Shown: positions 23,891 to 36,497 of the stretch, piece by piece
Layout: every line of letters begins with the position of its first letter
Numbering within the stretch: position 1 is the first letter of the stretch
DNA from: Malacoraja senta
Taxonomy: Eukaryota
Direction of reading: 5' to 3'
Length of the DNA: 43,242 nucleotides
Assembly: GCA_038087875.1 (NCBI GenBank)
Contig: JAXLNO010000658.1
Span: 1 to 43,242, forward strand
Position numbers and translations under genes: made by a program
Notes under the pieces: generated by a model
Databases searched by the model: none
The model's input: the letters and a program-made list of their open reading frames with translations, nothing else
What the model was told of the DNA's origin: nothing

Positions 23891-24637
23891 GGGCCTGTCC
23901 CACTTACGCGAATTTTCAGCGGACCGTCTGCGACCTTCAAGCTCGGGGGCACTCGCCTGAAAAACTGTGAGCTGGAACGACCGTCAGCGGGAACATACAC
24001 ACACACAAACACATCGCAAAGGCGGGGGCCAGGGAAAGCGGGGAGGCGCTGTCTGAAATTCACACGGTGCAAAGCCAAGGTGATACCCGCGATAAACAGG
24101 AAGGTTAAAGACGGCTAGCACAGTGTAATGTAAGTCCTTTAAAAGAGCTGGGAGGGGGAGGAGGGTGGAGAAGGGGGGGAGAAGGAGTGGAGACACTTGT
24201 AAGAAGCCAGACAACTTTTAATAAGCCAGAGATACACAGCTGTGTAGTTTGGCGGGCATTTAACATTACCGGTTGGTTATCCTATGTTCTGAAAACTCGT
24301 GCTTACATTTTTTTTCCCCCAATGAGCCAATTAAAATGCCCGGTCAGCAAAGGAGATTAACTAAAACTACCTACGGCTACCTCAACTACCTACAACGACA
24401 TGGCGACCCCACTACCATTGCACTATGACATCAAAACTATCGATTTTCTCCATGGCGACCAATTTCTGGTCGCGGAAAATTTTTCAACATGAGGCCGTGA
24501 ATAGTTACCACCATGCAGGAACTTCTCTCGACCATGAAGGAGACCACCTACGAACATGTGGCGACCATGTGATGAGCTTTTGGCGAGCGCAGAGTCTCCT
24601 GAACTCGCAAATAAGGTCGCCTAAGTGGAACAGGCCC
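23891..24637. mobile_element. Non-autonomous TIR DNA transposon (MITE) flanked by TTAA
   Basis: TIR gggcctgtcccactta / taagtggaacaggccc (15/16 match); ttaa at 23887-23890 and 24638-24641; no transposase. Confidence 0.85.
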
Positions 24638-25754
24638 TTAAAGCTTCTGATCTTGTGTTCTGGCATCATCACTGGTTCATTTGCTTGTCTGTTAGCCATT
24701 TTAATTTACTCTCCCTGACGCCCTCTTTCCCACCTCTGTCCTTTCTATGCCTCACATTGTCACCATGACTATCCCCAACCCTGGTCCTTTAATTCTCTCT
24801 TCTTCCCACCCTATTACAACAATCTCAGCGGAAAAAAAGTTTAGCGCGCATCTTTGCTTGTGAGGCAAATTCTAACATGCAGATTGCCGTGGGCCTCACC
24901 TGCAGTAGGATACATATGTCGTGGGCTTCTGCACACAGGGTTTCCTTAATGTATTCTTTTAAGCGGTGAAGAATTTGAATGTTGACTTGGTTAAAGTATG
25001 ACCGGGTTCCTCAATGACCAACACCCATGCGGAAACCACATCCTGTGATAATTGATGACATTGTGGGATAGTAAAACCAGTTTATTCAGATTGTAGTGTA
25101 GCCAATAATGGGCAGTAATTGGCACGTTATGAAGAGGAGCTATCACTTGCTCTACTGTTCATGCACAATGTATCAAGAAAATGTGATGGATTGAAGGCTA
25201 TGAAGGCCATTACTTTATATTAATATCAGGCTCAGTGGCTTCCAGAACAAGTGATATTCATGTAGAAATTTAATGAACCCTTTGAAATCACGCAGCTGCC
25301 TCTGATAACTGCCTGGATTTGAGTAGCAGTCCCGTGCTACTGGAAAGCATTTAAAGAGGTTGCTTATTCTGCAGCAGCTCTGGCAACAATTATAAAGACC
25401 TGCCAACAGAATTTTCAGCTGATCCAGTACTAAAATTATGATCCCATCACAGGATGTGGGTAGGCCAACATTTACCATCCATCTATATTTGTCCTTGAGA
25501 GGGGTTTCTTCAACCATTGAACACAAGAGCTAGAAACAGGACAGAAGGACTGTTCAGTTCTTTTGTAACTTTGTTGGTGCCAATATGTGGCGACACTTGT
25601 TTATTGCTTAGGTTGCATGCAAAACAATGTATTTCACTGTACCTAGGTACACGAGGTACATGTGACAAAGAAGCATCATTTATTCATTCATTCCAATCAT
25701 TAATTCATTCAGGAGTGTATCTTTGGTCCTTGTGCTTGCTCAGTCATTCAATAG

Positions 25755-26400
25755 GATAATTTGCTACAGCACCACTTTCCTGTATTAAGGAAATCAGGAA
25801 AACAGCTCATCTCAAAACATCTAGCAACCTCTGCCTTGGATATACTCAATAATTGGATATACTCCACAGCTCTTATGGATAATGAGATCCAAAGATGCAC
25901 TATCCTCTGGATGAAGAATTTCATTTTATCACTATCCTGAAAAGCCAAGACCTTGTTTTGAGACTCTCTTGCAGGCATTCTAGTTAGGGAACATCATCAT
26001 GACAGTTGTGCCCTAAAACCCCCAAAACATTTTTTATATTTTAATGAGATTCTTCTAAAGTCAAGAATGTATCTTAATCCACATTTCGCTTAATCTCTCT
26101 TCATAGGCAAACCTTGCCTTCCTGGGAACTAAAGTGCTCCTTCAATTGCAATCCACAAACGGTGGTGGGTGTCTAAAAACGAGCTGCCAGAGGAGGTAGT
26201 TGAGGCAGGGACTATCACATTGAGGCAGGGATTATCACAATGTTTAAGAAACAATTAGACAGGTACATAGATAGGACAGGTTTGAAGGGATATGGGCCAA
26301 ACACAGCAGGTGAGATTAGTGTAGATAGGACATGTTGGCTGGTGTGGGCAAGTTGGGCTGAAAGGCCTGTTTCCACACTGTATGACTATGAGTCTAAATG
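25755..26400. mobile_element. Two CR1 3' fragments in opposite orientations
   Basis: Minus strand FFIQRIVHLWISL; plus strand 'gagctgccagaggaggtagttgaggcagg...gactatga' tail. Confidence 0.7.
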
Positions 26401-26737
26401 AGATGTTATGGACTTTCAGTCCCTTTCATTACTTCTATACTCTTAACACCTGGTCATTTATTCAGCTCCTCATTCACTCAAAGATGTTGCTCTCTACTAT
26501 TTCCAAGCTGTCTGTGTCTTCTTCAGACAGAATTTCTTCATGGAAATGTCTTCTTCAGTTTTAACTTGGTATTATGTTCGACACAAACATTGTGGGCCAA
26601 AGGGCCGTTCCTGTGTTGTACTCTCTCTCTCTATGCTCTCTCTCAATTTATTAATCCCCAGATGCTGCCAAACACAAACTTTGCCTTGGACTTCACATTA
26701 GTGCTTTTCCATGATCTTTTAATTCCCCCAAAAAGAT

Positions 26738-27310
26738 ACATTGTACATTGGCGAGACCAAACGTAGACTGAGCGATCATTTCGCTGAACACCTTCTCTTT
26801 GTCCGCCTGAACCTACCTGATCTCCCGGTTGCTAAACATCTTAATTCTGCTTCCCATTCCTACACAGATCATTCTGTCCTAGGTCTCCTCCATTGTCAGA
26901 GTGAGGCTAAACACAAATTGGAGGAACAGCAATTTTGCCTCTCATATTTCGCTTGGGCAGCTTACAGAGTGGTATGAATATTGACTTCTCTCACTTCAGG
27001 TAGCCCCGGCATCCCCCCTCTCTCTCTATCCCTCCCCCAGCCAGAGTCGCACCTGCTTCTCCTTTTCACCCAGCAAACAGCTACCAATGGCCTGTTTCCT
27101 TTATCATTAATATTTTTATGCATATCTTTCATTCATTGTTCTTTATTTCTGCATCATTGTCTATATCTCTCGTTTTCCCTTCCCATGACTTTCGGTCTGA
27201 AGAATGTCCTCGACCCGAAACGTCACCCATTCCTTCTCTCCAGAGATGCTACAGCTTTATGTATCTATCTTCGATTTAAACCAGCACCTGCATCTGCAGT
27301 TCCTTCCTAC
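26738..27310 (+). mobile_element. Penelope-like 3' fragment (GIY-YIG C-half + terminal repeat)
   Basis: YIGETKRRLSDHFAEH...PVAKHLN; core ggtctgaagaatgtcctcgacccgaaacgtcacc. Confidence 0.85.
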
Positions 27311-28736
27311 ACATACATTAGTAAACCAGCATCTACATTTCCTTACTACACATACATTCTTTTATCTACGGGTCTCTGTTCCCTAACCCAGATCTGGATC
27401 TCTCTTGGACATGGCATTTTCCCTTGTGTGTTTTGCCATGGCAAAGCACGTGAATGAACACACGTCAGCATCACTCAATGACACTTAATGCCTTGGGCTG
27501 CGAGTGTCATTGAATTTCCAAACAGTGGGCCAATGGCCAAAACAGTGATTGGCATGCTGCATAACAGCTGCATAGCTGCAGGTTAACATGACCTTGTGAG
27601 CACAACACATTTCTAAGCTTTTATGTTAGGTTTCTAAGGTGTGGAAATGGAAAAATCAAGCACTTTCAGATGTTTCCTAGAATCTTAAAATAAAGTTGCA
27701 TTTTCTTGGGCATCATTATGCTGAGACAGATTTCTTGGACTTGCCGAGGACCAATCAAGAAATAATGTGAAGAAGGCCCTGATGGAAAATGCACAAACCT
27801 CTTGATTGCCTTGTACCCAGTTGGCTTCACCACCATGAAGTGATCAATCAAGGCAGAATTTTTCCAAAACGTCTTCTATAATATTCACCCTACGTGTTCA
27901 ACTTGTTCATGGGCACAACAGGAATTTTGAGGGCTACTTCTATCAATTTTTTTTGCTGTGCTCTAGATGCTTTCTGATTTAGATTAACATTAGTTCACCA
28001 ATGTTAGTTGGTTACGGTGTCTGTCCTGATAACTAAGGAACCTATGCATTCTTGGATGTTGCATTTTCAAATAAAGGTTCTGTTAAAAATTTAAAATCTG
28101 CACTGCCAAACAACTATTTTGACACATTTTGCTGAAATATCAACAGGAGATTTGCAAGTGTTCTTAGAACTTTCTACTTTGCAGGGTAAGAATAAAACAA
28201 CATTGCAAATGTTGGCAGCTTTCCAGCGTTTTCTCTGTTTATTAACAAATATATTGTAACCAGCTCCAATCCCTTGGGATGTTTAATTAAAATGAGTGGG
28301 AAGGGCCTGCAAGTGTCTTATTGTTTAGAATTGGCAACTGAGCACAGTCATACATTATATACACCATTAAGCAGATGAAAGCAAAGTTAAATGGTCATTA
28401 ATCAAAACACCACTGCTAAAGTAATTTCAGTTATTTTCATGTTCTGTGGTAGCATTTATGTTAACGTGTGTAACAGAACAATTTTTGCAAAATGGATGCA
28501 TTTCATGTTTCTTTTGGAATCCACCCAGCAGTATTTTCCAGGCAGGGGTTACATCAAACAATCGGTTCCTCTTGGACAAAGATTAGTGTTTGCCAATTAT
28601 TCTGAGGTTCAGTGTGGAAATAATTCTGAATATATGCAATTGTTCAAACTGGTGTGAGGTTTTTCTCCAGTTTGGCAGGACATTTGTTGGCCTTGCTATC
28701 TGTGGAGTATCACTGGTACTCAATGTTGAGTAATGT

Positions 28737-30565
28737 CCCTGTCTCATGGTGCGAGTCCACCCACGAGTAATCCCGAGTTTAAAACAAATCAAACTCGTGG
28801 TAATCACGTAGAATTAACGTAGCGGGAACGTCGTATCTCGTAACGGCAGGTACTCGGGAAACTTGTTAACTCATGAAAATCTTTCAAAATGATGAAAGAT
28901 TTCCATGAGTCAAATTTACTCTTGAAGTAAAAATTTTAAACTTTTAAACTCGTTGTAAGAACGCAGTAGCCCGTGAGTTTACCGTAGTGACTCATGAGTC
29001 TACCATGGGCACTCTTTAACTCAGCGGGACAGGCAGCATCTCTGGAGAGAAGGAATGGGTGACGGGATGCCGTTTCCAAAATTCTGCTGCGTCTTTGTGT
29101 TACTCCAGCACTGTGTGTTCACTTTTTGTCAACCAGCATCTGCCATTTCTTGTGTATGACATTATTTGTATCCATGGCAGTTGATTGTCGCTCCCTTCAG
29201 TTTCCCAGCGGGTCGGGACGGGACTGGAGTTGGGAGGGAAAAGTAGGGGGAGGGGGGAGGGGAGGGGAGTGTGGGGAAGGGGGGGGGGGTTGGGGTGACT
29301 TAGTACAGGAGACAAGTGTAGGAGAGGTGTACTGTGTGGGCAGACACTTTGGTAGTGATTGCCCATGGGGTTCACTGTTGAGGACTTCATAATGCAGAGA
29401 GCATTATAAACAGTTGCCGCAAAAAAAGATTTTGTGTGGATCTGGTATATCTGGGTATTGAAGGCGCTTCTGGTCTGCAGTGTGCAACAGTCACCAAAAT
29501 ACACTGCATCTTTAGAAAGGAAAAATACAAAACATGTCAATCCCACTGTATAGGCCTTAGTCATGGTGCTGTACAACACGGAAACAGGTCCTTCAGCCCA
29601 GCTTGGCCGTGCCGTCCAAGTTGGCGTCTTGGGGTAGTCCTATTTGCCTGCATGTGGCTCATAGCCCTCTAAACCCTTCCCATCCATTCATCTGTCATTA
29701 ATAACCTCAAGCAAATATTAAGTCCATGTGAGCCTGCTTCAGTTTCCTGGGTCCAACTCAGAGAGGTCTCCCCCCTTTCCAGGGTTAATCGCTCCACTGT
29801 TTATAATGCTCTCTGCATTATGAAGTCCTCGACAGGGAACTCCATGGGCAATCACTATCAAAGTGTCTGCCCACACAGTCAGTACACCTTTCCTACACTT
29901 GTCTCCCATACTGTCACCCCAAACCCCCCCTCCCCCCACTACCCTCCCCCCACTACCCTCCCCCCACTACCCTCCACCCAATACCCTCCCCCCACTACCC
30001 TCCCCCCTCACCTCCCCCCTCCCCCTCCCCTCCCCCCTCCCCTCCCACCCCACCTTTCCCTCCCAACTCCAGTCCCATCCCGACCTGCTAGGAAACTGAA
30101 GGGAGCGACAATCAACTGCCACGGATACAAATAATGTCGTACACAAGAAAGGGCAGATGCTGGTTGACAAAAAGTGAACACACAGTGCTGGAGTAACACA
30201 AGGACGCTGCAGAATTTTGGAAACGACATCCCGTCACCCATTCCTTCTCTCCAGTGATGCTGCCTGTCCCGCTGAGTTAAAGAGTGCCCACGGTAGACTC
30301 GCGAGTCACTACGGTAAACTCACGGGCTACTACGTTCTTACAACCAGTTTAAAAGTTTAAAAAATTTACTTCAAGCGTAAATTTGACTCGTGGAAATCTT
30401 TCATCATGTTGAAAGATTTTCACAAGTTAACAAGTTTCCCGAGTACCTGCCGTTAGCGTTACGAGTTCCGACGTTCCCGCTACGTTAATTCTACGTGATT
30501 ACCACGAGTTTGATTTGTTTTAAACTCGGGATCACTCGTGGGTGGACTCGCACCGTGAGACAGGG
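28737..30565. mobile_element. Foldback-type element with ~680/770-bp inverted arms (28737-29414 and 29796-30565)
   Basis: Arms are reverse complements throughout, from ccctgtctca..gtgcgagtcc to gcattataaacagt; spacer is about 380 bp. Confidence 0.9.
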
Positions 30566-31474
30566 GTTTTAGATGGGAACATGATCCAAGGGATTGCAAT
30601 AGAGAAGCTTTATAATGGAGAGATACGTTTTTTTTGCCTTCCATCACAGCGCTGTGATGGATGTATGTGTAAATTGTGTTGTGTCTCGGGTCTTTTTCGT
30701 TTTGTAATGTATGGCTGCAGAAACAACATTTCGTTTGGACCTCAACGGGGTCCGAATGACAAATAAATTGTATTGTATTGTATTGTATATTTATAAAGCA
30801 CGTTGGCAACAGCAGTTCTGTTCACGTCATCACATCTGTTTTGTTTTTATGCAGCACTGGAAGGCAATCTAGCAAGCTAATATATGATTGTAAAACAACA
30901 AACTGGTTTACTTGACATCAAACACATGAATAAGCCCAGCGAGGCTCCTAGAGCTCAGTTAAACCTGACACAAACAGGGAAGTATCATTATCTCATTGAA
31001 GAAAACTAAGCAGTTAAATGTTTATTATTTATGTAATCCAATTTTAAAGATTTTTAAGGATTTTACTTGCATGCTTGTTAATAACTTTGAAATAATCTTA
31101 ATATTTTTCATGCATATTTATTTCATGAATATTCATCGAAAATGTTATGATTATTTCATGAATATTGTTTATTAAGGTCACATTAACAATGTCTTGTGAG
31201 TCTGTAACCGTGTCCTTATTAGTTATAAAAGGCTTTCAGTGACTGCTGTTGTTCATCAGTGCTGACACTCCTGTGCTCTGCTGAATCATTGGTGTTCCAT
31301 GTCCATGGAATACTGCATCTGGAGGCACATGGAACAAACAGCGTGCCTCGTGGATTGGTGGAATTTGAGTTTGGGGCGATAAGAGATTTGTTGCAATGTC
31401 CATTTCAATGTCGCTACCATTTTATACCTAACACTTGCAGCAGTTCCCATCATTTCACGTTTACTGAAGGTTAC

Positions 31475-31820
31475 AGTTCAGTTCAGTTTTATTTGTCATA
31501 TGTAGGTTAACACAGGGTCAACGGTACAATGAAATGTTTTTTGACAAGACAACGCGTCACCTCAGCAATGATATTACAAAGCTAAAATTAAGGTAAAAAA
31601 AGATAAGATAAAAGTGACATTGGTCGGTAAAAGACAATAATAAATAAAATAATCAACATATATGATGTGTTTATGAGTTCAGAAGCCTGATGGCATGATG
31701 ATAAAAAACTGTTCTTAAGTCTGGTGGTGTGTGCAGCCATGGTCCTGTATCGTCTGCCTGATACAGGAACAAGGACAACAGTCTGCATGCTGGGTGGCTG
31801 TGGTCCTTGATGATGCTGAT
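31475..31820 (-). mobile_element. Rex1/Babar-like LINE 3' fragment
   Basis: IIKDHSHPA...SGRRYRTMAAHTTRLKNSF...AIRLLN; (ACTGA)n tail. Confidence 0.75.
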
Positions 31821-32879
31821 CATATTGGTTATGCCAATATGATCATTCCAACTTTCAATTAACCAGCAATTTGTTTGTTTTAGAACAGGCCAGATATCAC
31901 ATAGTAACATTAGGTCATTTTTATTTTCTCTCTACAAATAAAAATAGAAAATGCAAGAAAAACTTGCAGGACAGCATTTATGCAAAAATAAACAGTTAAA
32001 GTTTAAGGTTGAAACATTAACTGTTTATCTTTCCATAGATGCTGACTAACCCTGTGGGATTTTCCCACATTTACAGCCTTTTATTTCAGATTTCTAGCAT
32101 CTGCAGCTTATTTGCAGTTTATTTGGAATTTATATTTCTCTTTGCAGATGCTTTATGATCTGCTGTGCATTTTCAAAACTCCATTATATTTCTCTTTTCC
32201 AGCAGCTCTGTGTCCTGCATCTCACAATTCCAGCATGTTGTTTATTTTCACTCTAACGGCCTTCATCATACAGTCTTTCAAATCAATCAGTGATGATTGA
32301 AAATCGAAATTTGCAGAAGCTGGAAATCTGAAATAAAAACAGAAACTACTGGAAACATGCAGCTGGTCAGGCAGTGTCTGTGGAAAGAAAAACAAAGTTA
32401 AGCCTTTCCTCAGAACTATGAAAGTGAGAAAAATGGTTAGTTTAGAGATGCATTGAGTTTGGAAAGGTTGGAAAGGAGATAGGGATTATCTCTGATTAGG
32501 CGAGACCATGATTGCTGAGAGGATTTTAATGTTATTGGAACTTTGTGGTTAATAGATTAATAAAGCAGTTGGAGGAAGTTAGAGGTTATTTAACCAAAAT
32601 CCAAATGCAGGTTGCTAGAATAGCCCCATAGATTAGCCCCACACATTAACTAGTGTCTGTGGAAAGAGAATAAATTAGTTAGTGTTGTAGATAAACAATC
32701 TAACAGCAGAAATGGGCTGAAAAAGCAAGCTATGTAAAATTGGTTAGTTCAATATTTAATCTCAAGGGCTCCAATATGCTCAGATGGAAGATGAGTTGCT
32801 ACTCATCAAGTCTGTTGGACTTCATTGGACTAATGCAGCAGGCCATGGAGAGAGATCAAAGTAGTTTTGTTTATTTTTT

Positions 32880-33168
32880 TTTATTTTAGGGACACAGCCC
32901 AGAAACAAGCCCTTCAGACAACCGAGTCCACGCCAACCAACAATCCTCACATACTAACACTATCCTACACACACTAGGGACAATTTAAAATGTTACCAAG
33001 CCATTTAGCCTACAAACCTGTACGTCTTTGGAGTAGAGGAGGAAACCGGTGATACCGGAGAATACCCTGACGGCCATGGGGAGAATGTACAAACTCCTTA
33101 CAGACAACACCCGTAGTTAGGATCAAACCTGGGTCTCTGGCAAATCTACCGCTGCGCCACCGTGTCGC
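32880..33168 (-). mobile_element. HE1-like SINE within old Penelope remnants
   Basis: Homologous to 7893-8196. Confidence 0.8.
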
Positions 33169-33169
33169 T

Positions 33170-34080
33170 GTTGGAGTGGGATGGAGAATTAAAGTAACAA
33201 GCAACTGGACAATGTGTCACCCCTGCAGAACGAGTGTATATGTGCAGCAACGTGGTCATCCCATGTTTGTTTAGTTTCTTCAACCTGTATTAGGAGCATT
33301 GAAAGTAAAACACTAGACAAAAAAATTCAATTGAAACACCGCTTCACTTGAAAGGACTGTTTTGTTCCCTGGATGGTAAGAAAGGGACAGGGTGAAAGGG
33401 CTGGCCCTGCATCTCCTGCCAGTATATGGGTAAACTGCTAGAAAAAATAATGTGGTTAGTGGAGCTCAAAGAGCAGACTGGAGAAGCATGAAGGAATCTA
33501 CTGAATGCAAAAAGGGGAGAGGATACCATCCCCGAGCCCCATACTTCTCTTACTCTTAAAGATGTGGGAATATTGGAGTTACGGTCAAAGACTTTGACAA
33601 CCACAGTTTAGGAGAAGAAAAGGCAACTTGCGGACACCTGTGGAGAAAATCTGGTCAATGGAGCAGAAACTATAGATATTGAGCAACTGGGAGAAAGGAA
33701 TGTAGGCCTTACGGGAAGTGGATGATGAGGAAATATAGTTGAGATAGCTTTAATTGTCACTGGACTTGTAAAGAACGTTTGTTGCTCATCTATCACCTGA
33801 GGTTGAGGCAGAAAAGAAAGGAAAGAGGCAGAGAGGGAGAGAGCGAGGTGAAAATCAGATTCAGATTCAGATTCAGATTCAACTTTATTGTCATTGTGCA
33901 GTGTACAGTACAGAGACAACGAAATGCAGTAGTCGTTGGCAGAACAATGAAATGTTCAAGTTTTGTATGAGTGCCAGAAGCAGCATCGTTACAATCATCA
34001 ATGTAAAGGAAAAAGATTTGAAGGAGATGACCCTCGGTAGGAATGAACCAAAGAAGTTCCCCGCTGTAATTAACCAGCAT
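33170..34080 (-). mobile_element. Old Penelope-like RT/EN remnant with a small (ATTCAG)n-tailed insert at ~33855-33930
   Basis: LQIFFLYIDDC..AASGTH..LE.FI (YIDD RT motif); downstream resembles the 'gpkqsfqv' region. Confidence 0.65.
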
Positions 34081-34164
34081 TCATTTCTCTCTCTTGGATG
34101 GTATTAAAGGCAAATATGTCACCTGTAGAACATTGGTCTGCACCCAATCACGGATATTCCCTCT

Positions 34165-34510
34165 GTTCATAAGTTCATGTTCTAGGACGAGAATTAGGTC
34201 ATTCAGCCCATCAAGTCTACTCCGCCATTCCATCATAGCTGATCTATCTTTCTTCTCAACTCCATTCTCCTGCCCTCTCCCCATAACCCATGACACCCTT
34301 ACTAATCAATAATCTATCAATTTCCACCTTAAAGATATCCATTGTCATGTCCTCTATAGCCACATGTGGCAATGAATTTCACAGATTCACCACCCTCATC
34401 TTCTTTCAAAACATGCGTCCTTTTATTTTGAAGCTGTGACCTCTGGTCCTTGACTCTTCCACCAGTGTAAAATACTCTCCATGTCCACTCTACCCAGGCC
34501 TTTCAGTTAT
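34165..34510 (-). mobile_element. CR1 3' fragment
   Basis: Homologous to the reverse complement of 388-815. Confidence 0.8.
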
Positions 34511-34581
34511 CTTCATCTCTCTCCCTGTCTGGAACTTAAAAGTTAAAGACACTTGCTTCCCCACTTTTCGTGCGTGTGCGT

Positions 34582-34617
<36 letters not shown>

Positions 34618-35740
34618 TTTTGCCTGTGAAACGTATCTCCTCAAAAACCAGACGCCGAAACAGGACATATTTTACATATTTCAGCAGAGGTGCTCCTCTG
34701 TACATTTGGCACATTATTTTCCCGACATTTAAAAAAAAATTGTTCAACAATCTGACTTTTAGGTCAAATCTGACCACTGCCCAGCTGCTGACATTAGAAT
34801 AAATGTGATTTTTTACATCCTCTGGTAGAAACTTTCCTTATGATTTCAAAAATTGAATCCTCTATAAATTTGGTCAATTATTTCCCGAGATATTTGCTGA
34901 AAATTATCACCAAATTGACATATTTTTAAAATATAAAGACTGCCCAGCTGCTGACCTCACAATGCCTTTCCTCGTGGCCACGCCACCCCACCCCACCGCT
35001 CTGGATTAATGCAGCTGCTGTCAAAGCGCATGTGCAGTTTCCACGAGGTACTTTAGCCCATCCATCCCCTCCGTTCTTCAAAAGACGCAGAAAGATCGAG
35101 AAAGTTCTGCAGCAAAGGTCCTACAGCTCCACTCCGCTATAGGATCTTTGTTCTGCAGATCGCGAGGTCACTGGTGCTCACGCGATGAAGAAGCTTCTCC
35201 TCACTGCCCGTGCAGCCCGTGAAGCCACGCCACTTCCATCCCCTGCCTGCCCGCTCATTCCAGCTGTGGGTTTCCAGAGAGTCAGAGGCCGGTTCTGTCT
35301 CTCCGCATTTCGCAGCCCACTCACTCGCCCGGCTCCCCTCCACCCACCCCCCCCACCTCTTCTCACCTCCCTCCCTCTCTCCTCTCTGCTCTCTACCCGT
35401 CGCAGGGGATGACCTCCTCTCCGGGGAGGCACGATCGTCTGTCCCCCACCCCCCGGCCCGGCTCGGCCCGGCTCGGCTCTGTCACGCTGATGGGTGCGCT
35501 TCCTTTTGCGGAAGCCACGATCGGCTGGTCCGCTCGCTGCTTTTAACCATTCTCAGATCGCTCCGTGCCTTGCTCGGGCCCCCGCGAGCTGCAGCCCCGC
35601 CCCTCTCCTCTCTCTCTGTCTCTCTCTGTCTCTCTCTCTCTCTCTCCCCCCTCCTCTCTCTCTCCCCTCTCTCTCTCTCCCCCCCTCTCTCTCTCCCCCT
35701 CCCACTCTCTCTCTCCTCCCTTTCTCTCTCCCCCCCTCTC

Positions 35741-36278
35741 TTTATTTTATTTATATTTTTATTTTCAAAAACTTTATTCAACACACTCAATAATACATCA
35801 CATCAATACATAATCAAAAGATACATTAGATCAAAACAAATCATTATAATACAACAGTACATTCATTATTTATTATACTCTCCACCCCACGTGGTGACCA
35901 TCGCCCACGGAAGGCCTCCAGAGTCCCCGTGGACACCGCATATTCCCGCTCCAGGGACACCCGTGCACGGACGTACGCCCGGAAGACGGGGCAGGCAGCC
36001 AACTCTAGCCTCACCATCGTCGCCGCCCGCTGCCTGACACACGAATGTCCATCTTAACCAGGCCCAGGAGCAAACCTACAGGGAGGTCCCACCCCCCCCC
36101 CCCACTTGGCTCTCCCCACACCCTACGTTATGCCCACACACTAGAATCGTGGGACTAAATGCAACAGAACTTGAGGAACAAACCCCTTCAGATATTGGTA
36201 CAGGGCAGTAACCTCTCACACTCCATGTATACGTGGAACACGGTCTCTTCCTTGCCACAGAAAATACACGCGGCGGAC
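35741..36278 (-). mobile_element. Tx1/L1-clade LINE 3' fragment
   Basis: Reverse translation with frameshifts: ACIFCGKEETVFHVYMEC (CCHC knuckle)...VGLLLGLVK...FRAYVRARVSLEREYAVSTGTLEAFRGRW...stop; AATAAA and A-rich tail. Confidence 0.85.
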
Positions 36279-36280
36279 GA

Positions 36281-36437
36281 TCCCCCTCCCCCTCTCTCTC
36301 TCTCTCTCCCTCCTCCTCTCTCCTCCCCTCCCCCCTCTCTCTCTCTCTCCCCCTCTCCCTCTCTCTCTCCCCCTCCCCTCTCTCTCTCCCCCCCCTCTCT
36401 CTCTCTCTCCCCCCTCTCTCACTCTCTCCCCCCCTCT

Positions 36438-36497
<60 letters not shown>

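Larger units (their letters stand above)
7151..25042 (-). pseudogene. Candidate spliced unitary pseudogene of unknown identity (about 12 putative exons)
   Basis: AG/GT-bounded segments 24900-25042, 21839-21915, 21187-21299, 20996-21078, 18299-18334, 17755-17863, 17475-17594, 17332-17384, 13357-13462, 7477-7539, 7281-7343, 7151-7199; phases mostly compatible; several contain a single in-frame stop. Confidence 0.55.

Noticed and set aside
24900..25042. In-frame TGA as selenocysteine, or DICILLQ|EEV as proof of an EEP domain
   Set aside because: Other exons contain TAA and TAG stops and no SECIS was identified; the motif is too short to assign a family
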